The position numbers were made by a program, and so were the translations under genes. The notes beneath the pieces were generated by a model that ran no database searches, was not told the DNA's origin, and was given only the letters and a program-made list of their open reading frames with translations. This document shows positions 13,548-28,500 of a stretch of DNA of 64,000 bases, one piece after another. Numbering within the stretch: position 1 is the first letter of the stretch; each line of letters opens with the position of its first letter. The DNA comes from Antedon mediterranea (taxonomy: Eukaryota; Animalia; Echinodermata): contig NC_092675.1 in NCBI RefSeq assembly GCF_964355755.1, forward strand, positions 7,807,812 to 7,871,811. The letters run 5' to 3'.

Positions 13548-16033
13548 TACAAGGTTTAAACAACAAAAAACAGGATCTAATGGTTAGGCCTATATAATAG
13601 TAAAGGCAAAATGAGCGTAGGTTAGCTCATTATATTGTAATATTAATCTGTACCAGGCATACGTAGGCCCTCGTTTCTTCCGGCTCGGAACCCATCGTTA
13701 TTTTAATTCCGGTGGGAGCTGGCATCTCTTTTCTAATTTTGTTTGTATTTATCTTTGCATATTGCAGGAGAATGCTTTTCGTTTAATCTTATTGTGGGTA
13801 AAAATGAATTTATCTTTTGTCACATAACATGCAGTCGATGCGGACAGTTTTATTTCACTGTATCAGTCACTAAAATGCATTACAATATTAGCCGATTATC
13901 GGTACTCTATTTCTCCCGCCGTATCAAGGCTCGAACCTAAACCTAACCACAACCTTAACATACAGCCCCCACATAATGTAATTTAATTTTTACATGACTT
14001 CTTATTAGATTTTCCTATGATTTCAAACTGGACAGATAATGTCATTATGTCATGGAGAAATATACAGAGAACCGGGTGTATTGTATACGGTGCATACCGG
14101 TATCAAGCGTAGATATTATAGATGTTCCATTTAAATCATTAGAGACTGTTAAGACTTCAAGGAGACGTAGTTCCGGTTAGTGTTACCAGGGCCTGGCACA
14201 ACCAGGGAACTAAACCAGGAAGCGATTTACAAGGAACTATAGTGGCCATGCGTACCAGAAACGGCTCGGAATGATTCCGAGTAAATCAAATAAAAATATT
14301 TTATTACATTATATTCATTATATTCCCACCCTGAAAAAAAAAATAGGTAAGATATGTTTTGTTTGAATAAGTAACGTCCAAGAGTAGTTATTTAATTACT
14401 AAATAAATTAGATGGAAACAATTACCTGATAACACGTAATTTAAAGGGAAACAAAACATGTGTCGGTCCAACTGTATATTTTGTCTTTTAAAACAAAATC
14501 TGTATGTTGTCTGTTTACCTTGTTTGGTAAAGGTGAATAATTTTATGGCCAATTTTAGCTTGATATGACATTCATCTTCATGTTTTGTTCATCTTTATTA
14601 CGGCATACGTGAATTAAAAAAAAGCCAAATTATAACTTTTGTGGTGAGGGTCATACAGCAACTATTAAAACTTCCTAAATAGAATAGTTTTATTGCAAAA
14701 GTTCTTTCAAAAGAAAGCCGGATATTGTTGTTTTGTTGTGTGAGCAAAAAGTATGAATTGAAATACAGTAGGCCTATTCAATATAAACACAACACTTCAA
14801 ATCAAAACGCGTCAGATAGACGTCATTGTTTACTGTAATAACGCTCGAATTAGTTAAAAACACCATTGGCAGATAATTTCTTATGGAAAGGTTGAGGGCT
14901 AATAAGTGATTGTCTTGATCAACATGCATGCATGCATAAATAAACGTTTTATTTCTATATTAAACACTGCAGCTATTGCGTCTGTAGAAACACATTATTG
15001 AATACGTCATACACACACCACGCATCATCTCTGTTACCCAATGTCCACGTATTATAGTACGTATGATAAACTATCAATTATGTGGTAACGCAATCCTCAA
15101 GAAGTGTTATATTCCGTTACAAACGCGTCATAGAATCTTTCGATTAGTTTTTGAAATGCCTTAACGATCTTTCCATATACTGTAGCCCTATTAATTACGG
15201 TAACTCAAACGTGTACACGGAAAAGTTCGTAGTAACGATAATATGGAGCTTTCGATTTGCGACCACCGAGTATCGACGTCAAGTCAATCGATGTGTCGTC
15301 GTCGCCTGGACCTACAAACCATCAAACCTGTGTCGAGATGAGGAGGAGTGGGGACACACGTCCCGATATTCCCGCATGTGCACAATGCACACATGACGTA
15401 GTTTGGTCGTCGGAAATCGAAACAATCCCTATCTTCACAAGAACCTCTCAGAGAATATTAAACAGGCTTTAACGATAATGTTCTTTAATCAATCTCAATT
15501 GCAATAAATGTCCTATATTTAAGTTAAACAAAATATGACCTTTCAGAAAAAATATAGTGTATATCTTTTAGTAATCGCAGGATTATTTGTTGTTGTTGTT
15601 GCGATGATGATGAAGATGATGCTGGGCCTGAATAATTATATGATACCAAAAGCAGTAACAGTGATCGATACACCGTTGAACAATGTTTTAATCAAAAATG
15701 CTTGGTAATCCACTGCAATTTGAACAGAATCGACACTTTTAACTGAACTGATTGACACCTCTGAGACACCCACACATCTGGACGACTAAGAAGTTAATAT
15801 GGACATACATTTTAAATTCAGAAATATTACAAAATTCAGGCTTACATTAATCGTCCACAACTAACAATAATATAATTACTATAAATACTTGCATTTTATC
15901 CAATATGATTTATATCTTTAAAGTAAATCCTTATGCTTTTAAATTTTGTAAACAAGATGACTTCCATATTAAGTAATACAGTACAACAAATCATAGTACC
16001 CCTACTTATGAATGGAATCACCCAACGATTCTC

Positions 16034-16225
16034 ATTGGTTATTGAGCTACTGGAGCGCTACAATAATAATGAATAACGTCGTTCGATGTCTGTTACTCCT
16101 AAAGTAAAAGTAGGCTTGCTATGTGGGGAGTAAGGAGGGGAGCCTAGGACCTCTCATCAATAACCATTCCATTCTTTGTTCCACATATATAGATTAATCA
16201 TTGTAAATGATCATAATTTACTCAT
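16034..16225 (+). promoter_or_regulatory. Candidate midnolin core promoter
   Basis: ATTGG (inverted CCAAT) 16034-16038 and TATATAG 16186-16192, ~180 bp before the ATG; no transcript evidence. Confidence 0.3.
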
Positions 16226-16371
16226 CGATGCAGTAGATCATGATGGTTTTGCGGTGTAGAACGAGTCTTTTTTAGCCATTTAGACTACAACAACGTACAC
16301 TACCGCTATCTTGCTGGGATTATTACGAGGCGATTTTTTTTACTGAGGTGAAGTATCTAAGGATTTGGAGG

Positions 16372-16574
16372 ATGACGTTAAATTTCGACACAAGTATTCG
16401 GGGTAGAAGCACCGTTCACGACGGAGGAAACATACTTTTGCATGTGCAAAAGACAACAGGAGGCAGGTTCTCATTACACGTCCCAATACAAAGTACAGTT
16501 GAAGAGCTGAAGGCTAAAATCGCTCGACAGTTACGAATTGCAAAAGCAAGGTTGTCGCTTCTGTTCAAGGAAAC
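16372..16574 (+). CDS. MIDN: Midnolin exon 1 (N-terminal part of ubiquitin-like domain)
   Basis: ATG at 16372; [11 protein letters not shown]...[47 protein letters not shown]; donor AC|GTAAGT at 16575, phase 2. Confidence 0.9.
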
Positions 16575-19500
16575 GTAAGTAACATTCATATATCATACAA
16601 ATTATTATTGATGAATGCATATATTATTATTAGTCTAGTTTGTTTATTGATTGCAGCATCATCTTCAATCTTCAGAATGGAGAAAGATTATACTCTCAGA
16701 CCTAGATAGTATAGACTAGTACTAGTAGGCTAGGTCTAGGCCCCAGTCTAGGTGGCTGGCCTATATATGTTGGATAGTGCAAGTGTCCCGTTTGTACGAA
16801 AGGTCACACAATCAAATGAACATCATTGCGATTGTGTTTTCCTGTACGCTTCCTGTATTTACTATCGCTTTCTAACAATTACTATTACTATGTGTATAGA
16901 GAAACCTAATTTCTCAACGCCTGTATTTAAGTCTTAAGTACGTGCGCATCGTGCAGAGCGTTTCGCGCAGCGCGTTTCGTAGTACGACTTTGTATTATTG
17001 GTGGTCTACATAGTGGTGCACACTATGTCTTATGTATTATAACTGCGTTTAAAGTTTGAACGTGCACGTATGACATGAAATTAAAGCACTGTGTTTATAT
17101 AATGACCTTGTAATCATTTACAATATAAACAAACGCCCTCACACTTCATCCAACCTTTAATCAAAGGAAGATTCTTTATGTTATTAGCATTGTAAGCAAA
17201 TTTTCTGCAAATATTGTAGTCATTAAATTGGCAATGCACTTAGTACTTATTACACAATTGAACATTTATTAATTGTGTGTGTAAGGTGGGCCTACAGACA
17301 AACATGAATGTTTCTAATATAAATACCATTTTTGGGACCGCCAACAAAGGCAGTACAGTAGTATGTAGGTATGTGCACGTACGTGATCATCTGGGACACC
17401 ACTAAAAAAAGTGAAGCCTGGAACTATTCGTACGTACGCCTATAGGGCTAATTATCTATGCGCGAATTATCTATCGTGGGCCTACAGCTACCTTGCTGAA
17501 AACAAGTCTAATAACCAAGTTAGGCATAATAATAAGTTTCATTTTGTTTTATTTATTTATTTTTATGTACTTTGTGTTTGCTCTTTACACAAAGTTCGTT
17601 AAGCCTTTCATTGCATTGAGGTAGGCTGTACACCCTGCAGGGAATGCTTGATATGGAAGTAGGCTTAATTCAAAACATCCGATAATACACGTCGTGACGT
17701 CATCTGAATGAAACTGCGTTTAAAGATACTCAAACTCAAATTAAATATCGCTGGAATAATCCTTTTGGTTGGTTATTTGAATGAATCGCAATGGCAGTGC
17801 TAGATAGTATTACTGACTGTATAAATATTAAAATACAATACACCCAGTGAACACATTTCAATAGAACCAGCAGCCAACATACCACAACGAAAGATGTGAA
17901 TGGCATATAACAGGAAAGCCATCATCAGGACATCTTCTTCGAACTATAATTTATACAATTACAGTACAAGCATTCAAAGCATTTTAGCGGAACCATTGCC
18001 ACCTACTAATAATATTACACAAATTGTTTGTTCCGATCGGAACTACATGCTACTATCTTTAAAACCAAAGTTTATTTGAAAATGTTTCTAATGTTTAGTG
18101 ACCCCGAAGTCTCTGTTCCAATAAATACAGTTCCCGTAAACACTAGCAAGAAAACGAAAGACGAACTTAACCGCAAGATTTTCAATACTGAATTCTAAAC
18201 ATGTTTAGGGCCGGCCAACCAGAAATGAAAGGAAGTAAACTAGTGCCGTTATATTGAATCGGGTAGCAGGGTAGGCCTACAGTGGTGTATCAGTTGAAAT
18301 TGAAACCCCTCGTGAAAGCCCCGTGTCGTGCACCAGTCGGGGAACCAGTAGGCCTAGGCCTGAATCTCGGAGACCTTAGCAAAAGCCCGACCTGTATTAT
18401 GGAAGGACAGTCCTATAATTACCGTCTATCTATAAGATAGGATAGGATACATGCGACCAATGTTAACAATGTAATCGAAGCTCGTTAAACGATGTATCAA
18501 AATTAATTCAAAACTCAAGGTCTTCGTTTATCACACACTATATTGACCTACAAATAACCTATACAATAAAGCAAAATCGCACACCTCCTTAAAATAGTCA
18601 TGCTTATCAACCACACGAGCGTTTCCTGGAACAGAATGCGTGGGCACTGATTAGTACCTGGTTTTTGATTGCAAAGAATGTTCAGCTCTTCATCTTTTGA
18701 CATTCCTGCACGAAGAACATCCAACCTATAAACGGTTGTATTTTAGCTACACAGTATTTTAATTTTCTTCTTATGCATTTTATATTTTAAACTAACATAT
18801 ATATTTTTTCTGCAATATTGTAAAGCATGAACAATTGACCTCCCACGCGCGTACCGTTCACAAGTGGGTAGATGTATGAATTGTATTTATAGGTCAATTG
18901 TAAACGTATACAGATTAGAAACGTGTAATTATTATTGAATTTTATGTAACCATTATACGCTTTGCCTACTGCCTGTGATAAGAATGCAACGTCATAAAAG
19001 ATCATGCTAAGGATTTAGTAAGAATGTTGAGAAACTCGTGAACGAATCACAGTGTGGTTATGTGCACGGAGGAAGTAAACATGTTCCTCTGTAGTAAAGA
19101 TTGGTTTCCTTCCGTCGTCGTAACGCCAGGACGTCGCAACGCAAGTGCGTAAACCAATCTAATAAGCATGTTGTCCTGTCGACGTCAGTCGACGCTATCG
19201 TTAACAATAATCGGCGATCTTCTACGTAAACATTGACATGTTAACGATTTACAATCGCACCAATGCAGCAATGTTGCATCGTCGGTTCCCACTTGTGATT
19301 ACGCAATACAGCACTTTGCGTTTATACGTTATTGCGTTGCGTTACGTTGCGTCCTAGTGGGAACCACGCTTTAGTAGTACAGTATCCTCTTTACCCAGTC
19401 TATGGATGTATAAACCGTCACCCCTACTTTGTTCCCCGCGTTTATGTTTTCGGAGTTGGTAGGCATAAACCACGCTAAGCCACTGGTCCTTTGTATTTGT

Positions 19501-22500
19501 GTGTGACAATATTGTTAATTAAAAAATCAGTAGAATAGAGTTATATTGGTTATATCGGTGTGTTATATTTGGTTCCGGGAACCACTAAACACATTTATTT
19601 CATTTTCATTTCATTTCATTTATTCCACATTTATTTAGTCATCAATTACAGTACATCATAATTACAGTACAACTGAGAACAGGGATCCTGCATAAAAAAG
19701 CTATAGCTTCGTTTTTTTGTAGGACCCTTTTACATAAGAACAAGTATATAGAACTTAAATAAACAAAGGTGTTGTTAATCAGCATATAGTGATAAAAAGT
19801 ATTTTTTAACCTGTTTTTTTATACATTTATTTTGTTTCTTTAAGATAACCGGTTTATTACCACCATTACAAGTGAATTCTTTCCACAATTTTGGTCCATA
19901 TATGTGTATAAACTGTTGACTGCAAGTTAGTCTTGTGAAGGGAATTTCGAATTCAGTTTCTGTTCTGAGGTTATGAGTACATAACTCTTGCTTGTTCAGC
20001 GGAAGATCGTTGTGAAGGCTGATTGATTTTTTTACAATCAAACATCAACAATGATGTTACAGCTTGTGGCTGAAGGTGGCCGATTTGAATCTATTGTTGT
20101 GGTTTTATCAACTATACAATACCAAACATCATTGTTGGTGGTTGGTGTGATTCGCGCAAAATTGCGTGGGAGCCTTTAAATCACGTTTACACTGCAGTAT
20201 TTATTCAGTTATTATGTAATTGTGTTTGCGAATTTGTTATAAGCAATAATTTTACTCTAGATTCTATCAGTACAGTATTATTATTTTATTAAACGTTTGT
20301 AAATTTGTTTTGTGGCAATTTACATTTCAGGACATGTGTATTTTAACTGTGTTCCGGAGTTATGCGCACTTTGAATTGAAATCACAACCTTCTACATACT
20401 AAATAATGGGCTAGTTCTGTACAGCTTGGTTCCCACTAGAACGTAACGCAAGGACGTAAACGCAACGCAAGCGTTTTAACCAATGACAAGCGAAGTTATA
20501 GACAGTTAGCAATCACAAACGAATAAGCCATCGCTTGTGATTGGTCAATTCAATTGCGTTGCGTTACGTCCTTGCGTTGCGTCGCTAGTGGGAACCACGC
20601 TTAAGCCTGTTGTCCTGTCGACGCTATCGTTAACAATAATCGGCGATCTTCTACGTAAACATTGAAATGTTCACGATTTTCAACCACACCAATGCAGCAA
20701 TGTTGCATCGTCGGTTCCCACTTGTGATTACGCAATACAGCGTATTGGGAACCACGCTAAAAGGGCGAATAGATGAACGCAACGCAAGGACGTAGTGCAA
20801 CGAAAGCGAGTTGACCAATGACAAGCGACAGTTTGGATAATTAATCCAACGTTTTTGAGCTCACGTCCAATTGCGTTGCGTCCATGTTAAGCTTGGTTCT
20901 CACTAGCGACGCAACGTAAGAAAATGCCCTTCCAATAATTGTGTTTGCCTCGCCTGCGTGAAATCAAACCTACGATGTTTGCAGCACTATTGCGTCGTCG
21001 GTTCCCACTTGTGATTACGCAATACAGCACTTTGCGTCGATACGTCACTGCGTTGCGTTCTAGTGGGAACCACGCTTTATGTGGGAACTGAAGCAAGCAT
21101 CACAAAACAAATTGAAACGTCACCTGGCGCAGATCCCGAAAATTGAGTTCCCCTCTTTCCAATGTGAACGACTTCCCATTCTATGACTGGCACGACCAGA
21201 GAGCCAGGAGGCCCTGATTTTGCGTCTGGAGATTTTAAGCTTGGTTCCCACTAGCGACGCAACGTAACGCAACATACGCAAGAAAATGCCCTTCCAATTA
21301 TTGTGTTTGCCCCCGTCTGTGCGAAATCAAACCTGCGATATTTGCAGCACTGTTGCGTCGTCGGTTCCCACTTTCGTTAATTTGCGTCAATACGTCACTG
21401 CGTTCTAGTGGGAACCACGCTTTTAATTGTTCTGCGTCGTTTGTGAAACATAGTGTTTAGTTTTAAATTATGTTATTAAATAATTTTTACCTTTTAAAAT
21501 AAAACAAAAAATAATTTCAATTAAAAAATGCAATTGCTTTAGTCTGTCTGAGAAATCTTTTAAAGTAAAATAAAGTAGGCCTAACTGCACTGTATCAACA
21601 TGAAGTCAATGGCGTGGGATATACTCATTTTGTTCTGTGGTCGTTGCACTACTTGCCTTGTGGATATTAAATGCTAATTGTGAAATGACTTAAGTAATGA
21701 AACCACGTTTTCGCGAATGCAGGTGTTCAGAGAAAATCATACGAAGAGAAGGGTAAAATGCAATAACCTCAAGTCTCACATAGATTAAAGTGGTGCTCGC
21801 TTCATTTTCGAAGTATTTATCAGATAATGTATACCGTAGGCTATTGGTCCGCAGTATTTAATTGAAACAAAAGAACAAAATGTAGAGAAAAAAATCTATC
21901 TATAAATCTATAGATGGAAACCGATCCCTTCAGAGCCACGTATGGGTCCAGATAACTATTCGATGCTAGCAGGCTGATGTGATGTGCGTAAACGGCGTGC
22001 GCGGTATGCACGCGAGTTGACCAATCTCAAACAACTGTTCGATGATCCATCGTGTCGATATTTGTCCTTTCACCTTTGACCTTTGACGTACCAAATGCGT
22101 GGTTTAAGCTCTAATGTCTTATTTAGTTCATATTTCAAAAATCAATAATCTTGATTTAAATTTGTACCAGTGAGCCATTTGTGGTCGACGTCTAGATCCT
22201 CCATTAACAAGTCAATACGATAATTGTGACCTTCTTGTGTAAATTAGAAATACATTAGGAAAGCAAAGTGCAACATAAGTTTAATCTACGTTGTTACGTA
22301 AATATTAATACGGCTTTAAAACCACATACTGCTACTGTAGTACTATGCGTCATAAATCCACCATCTTGAATTATGCCAATTAAATGACCTTAGGACCCCT
22401 TGCAGTTCTTTAGTAGAGAATGAACCATACATTTATAATAATCAGGACAACGCAGTGAATAATTGAGAAGTGAGTAATACAAATTAGTAAATTATTTTAG

Positions 22501-25500
22501 TTTGAGCTCTTGAGCTAGGAAAGTCATAATTATATTTATATAAACTAATGTGATGCGCATGTTTTGTCTTTCAGGCACCTTACTAGAGGTACGTTGCATG
22601 AGAACTTTATAACAGACGGCAGCTCCCTTACTTTGTTACCAGTGGTTGAAAGTGGGCTAGACGTGGTGAGTAACTTTGCAGTTTTGCTCTCCAATTGATT
22701 GGATGGACGCAACTATGACGCGCCAAGCTGTCATTTATTCAAGCAATAGAGATATCTTAGTTAGTTTTTAATAAAAATATCTTAGTTTTAACGCAACGAC
22801 GACGGATGTGTAGGTAAAATTGTTTGCGATGGTGCTCACGTCCTTGCGTCGTTTTGCGTTCCTGGGAACCGATTTTTAGTAGTTGCGTTAAGCTCTGTCT
22901 ATACTATCAAGCTAGTTTGATAAAAAAAAAGTGTGATGTGCCCAAATACGGTAGTGATATACTTAAATATGGTAGTGATATACTTAAATATGGTAGTGAT
23001 ATGACATCATCATGTCGTTTCCATATATGGGCACCAGCTTTACAAGACAAGATATGAAAGTGACTAACATTTCTTTATATTTCGTAGGGACCGCAGTATG
23101 ACCAGAATCTGGTTCAAGCTCTACAGAACCTGTCAGATACTCAGGTAAGGGATTTCGTGATACCTATTAGTGAGTTTTCGTTTCGGGACGATAGACAAAC
23201 AGGGTTGTACGCATGCGCAGATTAATCTTTTGTAAATATTGTCTCCTTTGTCTATACCCATGGAGGAAAAAATAAATAATTTTTTCCTCCATAGTCTACC
23301 GTCCCGAAACGGAACCTCACTATATCTGCATTATTAAAACATAAACTGATATGATAGGCTTAACTGTTAATAGTCCTTTTTTAAACACTAGAGTTGAATA
23401 CTCGGTTGTAAAGAGAGCTAAGCCAATAAACGGTTAGTTGTGTGAATCGGCAACATTGTGTGGATAATAGCATTTTTTACTAACTGATCCTCCATGCACT
23501 GATTGACACGGGATCAGATCAATGCTGCAACTGACACGCATTAATATCAATATGAAATATGATTCATATCGTTTGATTCCGCTGACAGATAGGTTCGCAT
23601 TTGAATTACTAAGCTCAAATAAAAAAAAACACTCATTCTGTGAAAACTATCCTTACTTACTGCTGTATGAGCGACAACATTAAGCCGTCAAGCAGTGTGA
23701 GCAATTAACAACTTCAACCGTGTCATGACTATCAATTTTATAGCATGCTTTGTGTGACTAGTTCTAAGAAAGGCGTATATCCTGACCGGTTCACAATCGT
23801 GTATTGTTTGAGTAGACTTATTTGGTATAATAATAATTTATTTGGAGATTACACTTTTACAACAGTGGCACTCGACCAAATGGAAGGTGCATCCAAGAGA
23901 AATATACAAAAAAAAAAAAACATGATATAGAAAATAACAATTACATTACAATAAAAAGTCGACGTAGGTCAACATGTCAAAACAATTCAACTACAGTAAC
24001 TACAATACCATTGAACTGACACCTAAAAATACAAAATTACAAGAAATAAACATATAGAATACTAGGTAGGAACTGTACAATATAAAATGAATTGGGCAAC
24101 AACAATGTAGACCTAACACTATAATGAGATAGATATCAATCATTTAGTGAGATAGATATCAATCATTTAGTTTGATTGATATGAACATTACTCGCCTAGA
24201 ACAATACATCTGTGTGCCCAAGCTCTTTTAACATAGTGCTTACAGTAACAATCAAAGATATATTTTGTGTATATTAACGCCTGAGTGATCGAGAAAAACA
24301 AAAGAAAGAAAGAAAGAATAAACTCTATATCCTAATTAGAGAATGGCGAACGCTTTGTTGTTTATATACAATCTCATTCGCCATTGAAATCATGAAAAAG
24401 ACAATAACTTACAACTTAGGGTCTAATACTTGGATAGTTTACTAAAAAATTTCAAACATACATGATCCACTGATATTCTAGCCAAGTAAGCCACGATTTT
24501 TGAAAGTTCACAACCGGCTTATAATCTCCGACGCTATCATAAAACCTCTCGTGATCAGAAAGGTCATTCGTAATTTGGTGCAACTCGATGCTACGGAGAA
24601 AGTTATTTATAAAAGTAAATTTGCCATTGACATTTTGAAATATCATAAATCTCAGGAACGGACTACATTTCGATACTTGGAGTTATGAGTGAATCAGCAA
24701 CTAAATATTGTTTTAAATTTCTAACAATATTGTTGAGTGGTATACATTGCATAATCTTCTCAGAACCAATAAAAATGTCCGTGATGTTTTTATTATTCCG
24801 CGCCAAGATTTACAAACTTTCTATATTATAGGCCTACAGTATGTTAATAGCGACTTAGTTTTAGGCCTCAGAGAGGTTCCGCATTTTTAAATTCCAACAA
24901 AGACATTTGTTATACAGTTTTAAAACATCATGTGATTTTATTTCACTTCCTTATAAATATCGGCAAAAATATCCACTGAACCGAGAAAACCAAGTTGATT
25001 AGAAAGGCCAGCACTTTATCGCCGATAACGCCGCAATACAATACAGTAATTGCGAAGTACCTTGCAAATAATAGATTATTTATAGCACAATATCTTATTT
25101 AAACTAGATATGCAAGTGTTGAATGTCCTTTCTATTGTCGATGGACGCCTTGTGTTTAAAGTTTTCATTAGGAATGTTGGAACTCAAGTAGGCCTACATT
25201 TAGTAGCACGTTGGTGCATTTAATAGCGGACCCTGGTATAGCCTACGTTTGGGTTTCCCTCCCCCATGAGCGCATCCTGGTACCGTACTGCACCCTGGTG
25301 CATTAGGTCACCACTCTAAGGATTAGAGCCTGTCTTTGCCATTATAATAATTGTATACATGTCACTCTGGTGTACGTGTACGTGGTGTTCATCATTGAGT
25401 GTATTACAAGCCTGTACAAAACACGGGGAATTTAAACTGGTGCTGCTTTAAACTCTATTATGTATTTTTTAAATGTCAAATGTCATCTGACGGAAAATCA

Positions 25501-28500
25501 AGGTGAATATCGTGCTTGAGTCTGCGTTGCAAATCAGAAATATATAGTTCCTTCTTTTCATTGACCTAAAAAAATCTCTCGAATAATGTCGAATTGAATT
25601 AAAATATAATATGCGGGGGATAATGCATCATTCTTCCCCCTGAAACCTTAAACGGAATTACTTTGTATTATTTTTAGCCCAGCTGTATAAAATAAATTTA
25701 AAAAGCCCTATTGTTTGAATAACGTCCAATTCCAGGGTGAGGTGTGTGTACTATGGAATTGATTACATGTGTAACACAGTTGACCTCATCTTAACCCTTG
25801 TTTAATAAGTCGTGTAGGTTAAGTAAATGTTGAAATCAATACAGTTGTGGTCGTGTGGGTGTGTAGGCCTACCGAAATGGTACCGCAGCATAAGTGACGT
25901 ACAGGTGAATCTTCATCTTCTGGACTAGTTCCAATGGCCGTAACCAATAGTATTCCCAACTCTCATCCATCCCTTCCCATTGAGCTGTATTTTAGCATTA
26001 TACTTTTGCTGCGTTCGACGCCCCGTAATCATGAGCAAGGACAATTATACTGAATACATCAACTTTATTGGTCTCGCCATACAAAAAGTACATGAAATGA
26101 ATTCCACAATTCGAATTTCACCGGTACCGGTGGTCCTCACTATTGTGACCAGTCTGGAATGTACGTGGGCATTGAGTGTAATATAAATAGTGACCTTATA
26201 CTTAAATGTCACTGGGTAATTTGCGTCTCTATGCCCATCCGCGACACAAGTAGAAATGTAAGCAACCAATTGCACCACAACGAAAGAGAAATGATCACAT
26301 CGGACCTGAATTCCAACGCCCACGGGATATTCTAATATAGGCCTAGGTCGGTCGAAATAAACCCCTGGTGGAATATGATTTGATATATTTAACAAACAAT
26401 AAAATATGATTTACAGATATTTGATCCCTAAGAGAGCGTGAATGCACACATTCAACGTGTTCCTTTAATACCGTACGTCTGTTCGTCTGCAAATGTTGGT
26501 ATGGATCATATAGTCAGGGTTCCAAACGGAGTTTTGACTTAATAGTAACAAGATAGATAAATGGCGTTTCATACGTGTACTACTTGAGCTTGTAAACTCC
26601 ACATTATATTATATTACAGTTATTGTAGTAACATTGTTATTTATTATTTAACCTGTTTATGTAATTATAGGTAGGTACAAATGTACTGTTTATTGCAGTA
26701 GCTGTATCATAAACTTCCACATTGTTTAACAAACTATACCATACGTTATTGTAGCAGGCCTACTGCAGTTACTGCAGTATGATAATTGTTGATAAGATCC
26801 CTTCAGTATTATAGTACAGTATTTATATTATAGTACGGTCGGTAACTATAATATCTGTGTCATATTTATGATCGTGGATTAGGCTATTAGCTGAAACAAT
26901 GATAATATTCGTAGAATTTAGTAAACGAGTTTAACATAAACAGTAACCGGGTTGAAAAAGATGACATGCAACGTGTTCACAATGAATATTGAATCGATTG
27001 ATGATTCTTCGAGTTAATTTACATCAGGTAAATGTTCTCACTGAATCCTACTTGCTGTCGTCGTCGATCTTGTTCTTGGAATACTCGCCAATATCACGTT
27101 TATCACACTTTGACATTTACAAACCATACGTTAATTTTTTTTTGAATGCCAACACTTTTATTATTATGGCTAATTCTCCTCCGGGTGTATTGGTCTAGTG
27201 AAACCCTTGCGTGAAGAATGTCAACTCAGTATACATGGTTACTAATTTTATTTTGTTCAAATTGTAGGATTAGGAAATAACATTTATAAATTCATTGAAT
27301 CCTCATAAGAGGTTATTATTAACTTAATAGTCGCATTAAAATAAACACTGCGCATGTGCATCATTATATGTCATTTAATACATGTCATGAAATTGTAAAG
27401 GCCATTAAAAAGCTTAGATATTTTACACTGTATAGATTTATATAGAGAAAGAGATAAAATACATTTTAAAATACACGCTGGTTGATGACGTAGTTAGCGC
27501 GCTGTCGTGTCACAGTTGGATGAATTAGCTAGTGTTTTGACGTCATCTTGTGAAGTTCGTTATCTCGTTACTCTGCATCAAACTGCACGATAGCCTTAAA
27601 TCGCATTGCAATACAGGTTTTACTCCTTTTTCGGTATAAATTCGTATATTCCGATTCCACAACATTTTACCTTAATTGCACATAGTCAAAGTTTGTTTGT
27701 ATAGGCCTATTTTTGGTTATATCTGTTAAAAATACACCACAGCTTAAACACATTCCTATGCAAAAACCAAATTCTATATTAATTATTATGCTAATAATAA
27801 TCCGCTTATAATGTGGGCTATTATTAATTATTGAATTCCGTAAACAATAATTGTTTAGATAACAATATCCACCACCAAATGCGTTTGTTGTAATAAATCT
27901 AATAAATACAAATTTAATTTTTTTTTAAATATCGAAATTATTGATTCGTATTATTGATCGTGATGATAGGTTGATATGGGTATTGAAATATTAGTTAATT
28001 GATCGATAAGGCCCTAGTCCAGTGAAAATGTTTCGATATTGATTGATTATTTTCAACGTTTTTCGTATAATATGGTTATACGAGTGCGCAGCGAGATCCG
28101 TGCAGTTTACGAACACCATCGCTGCGCAGAGCGCGATCATTCGGTTACATAATACTCAACCGTCGACATGAATTCAAACACTTTAATAAAGATTACCCTT
28201 CAACGTAAATAATATATATTAAATATATTAAATCTACATTTCATGAAGCGTCCATGTGGTTCTATCTACCCACTACCGAGGCCATGATTTATGAAATTAA
28301 AATATGCAGTATCATCTTTTAGTGACGTATATACCCTGTGATGTTGTGCCGCGTCCCGATCAATTTTTATACAATTGAATTGATTTCGTGGGCTGGATTA
28401 CTGGGTTTACATTGTCTATTACACAACTCAACAAAATATTGTGGATAAAAAAGCGTGGTCGTTTATTACAGTTCTCACGACTAACCTGGATAATATTAAC

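Noticed and set aside
23021-23030. CArG box CCATATATGG as an SRF site for midnolin
   Set aside because: It is part of the MITE B consensus (also at ~51597 and ~56421), so it is not locus-specific evidence.
26045-26395. 116-aa minus-strand ORF inside midnolin intron 3
   Set aside because: No recognisable motif, TTG start, no supporting splice pattern; length is attainable by chance.
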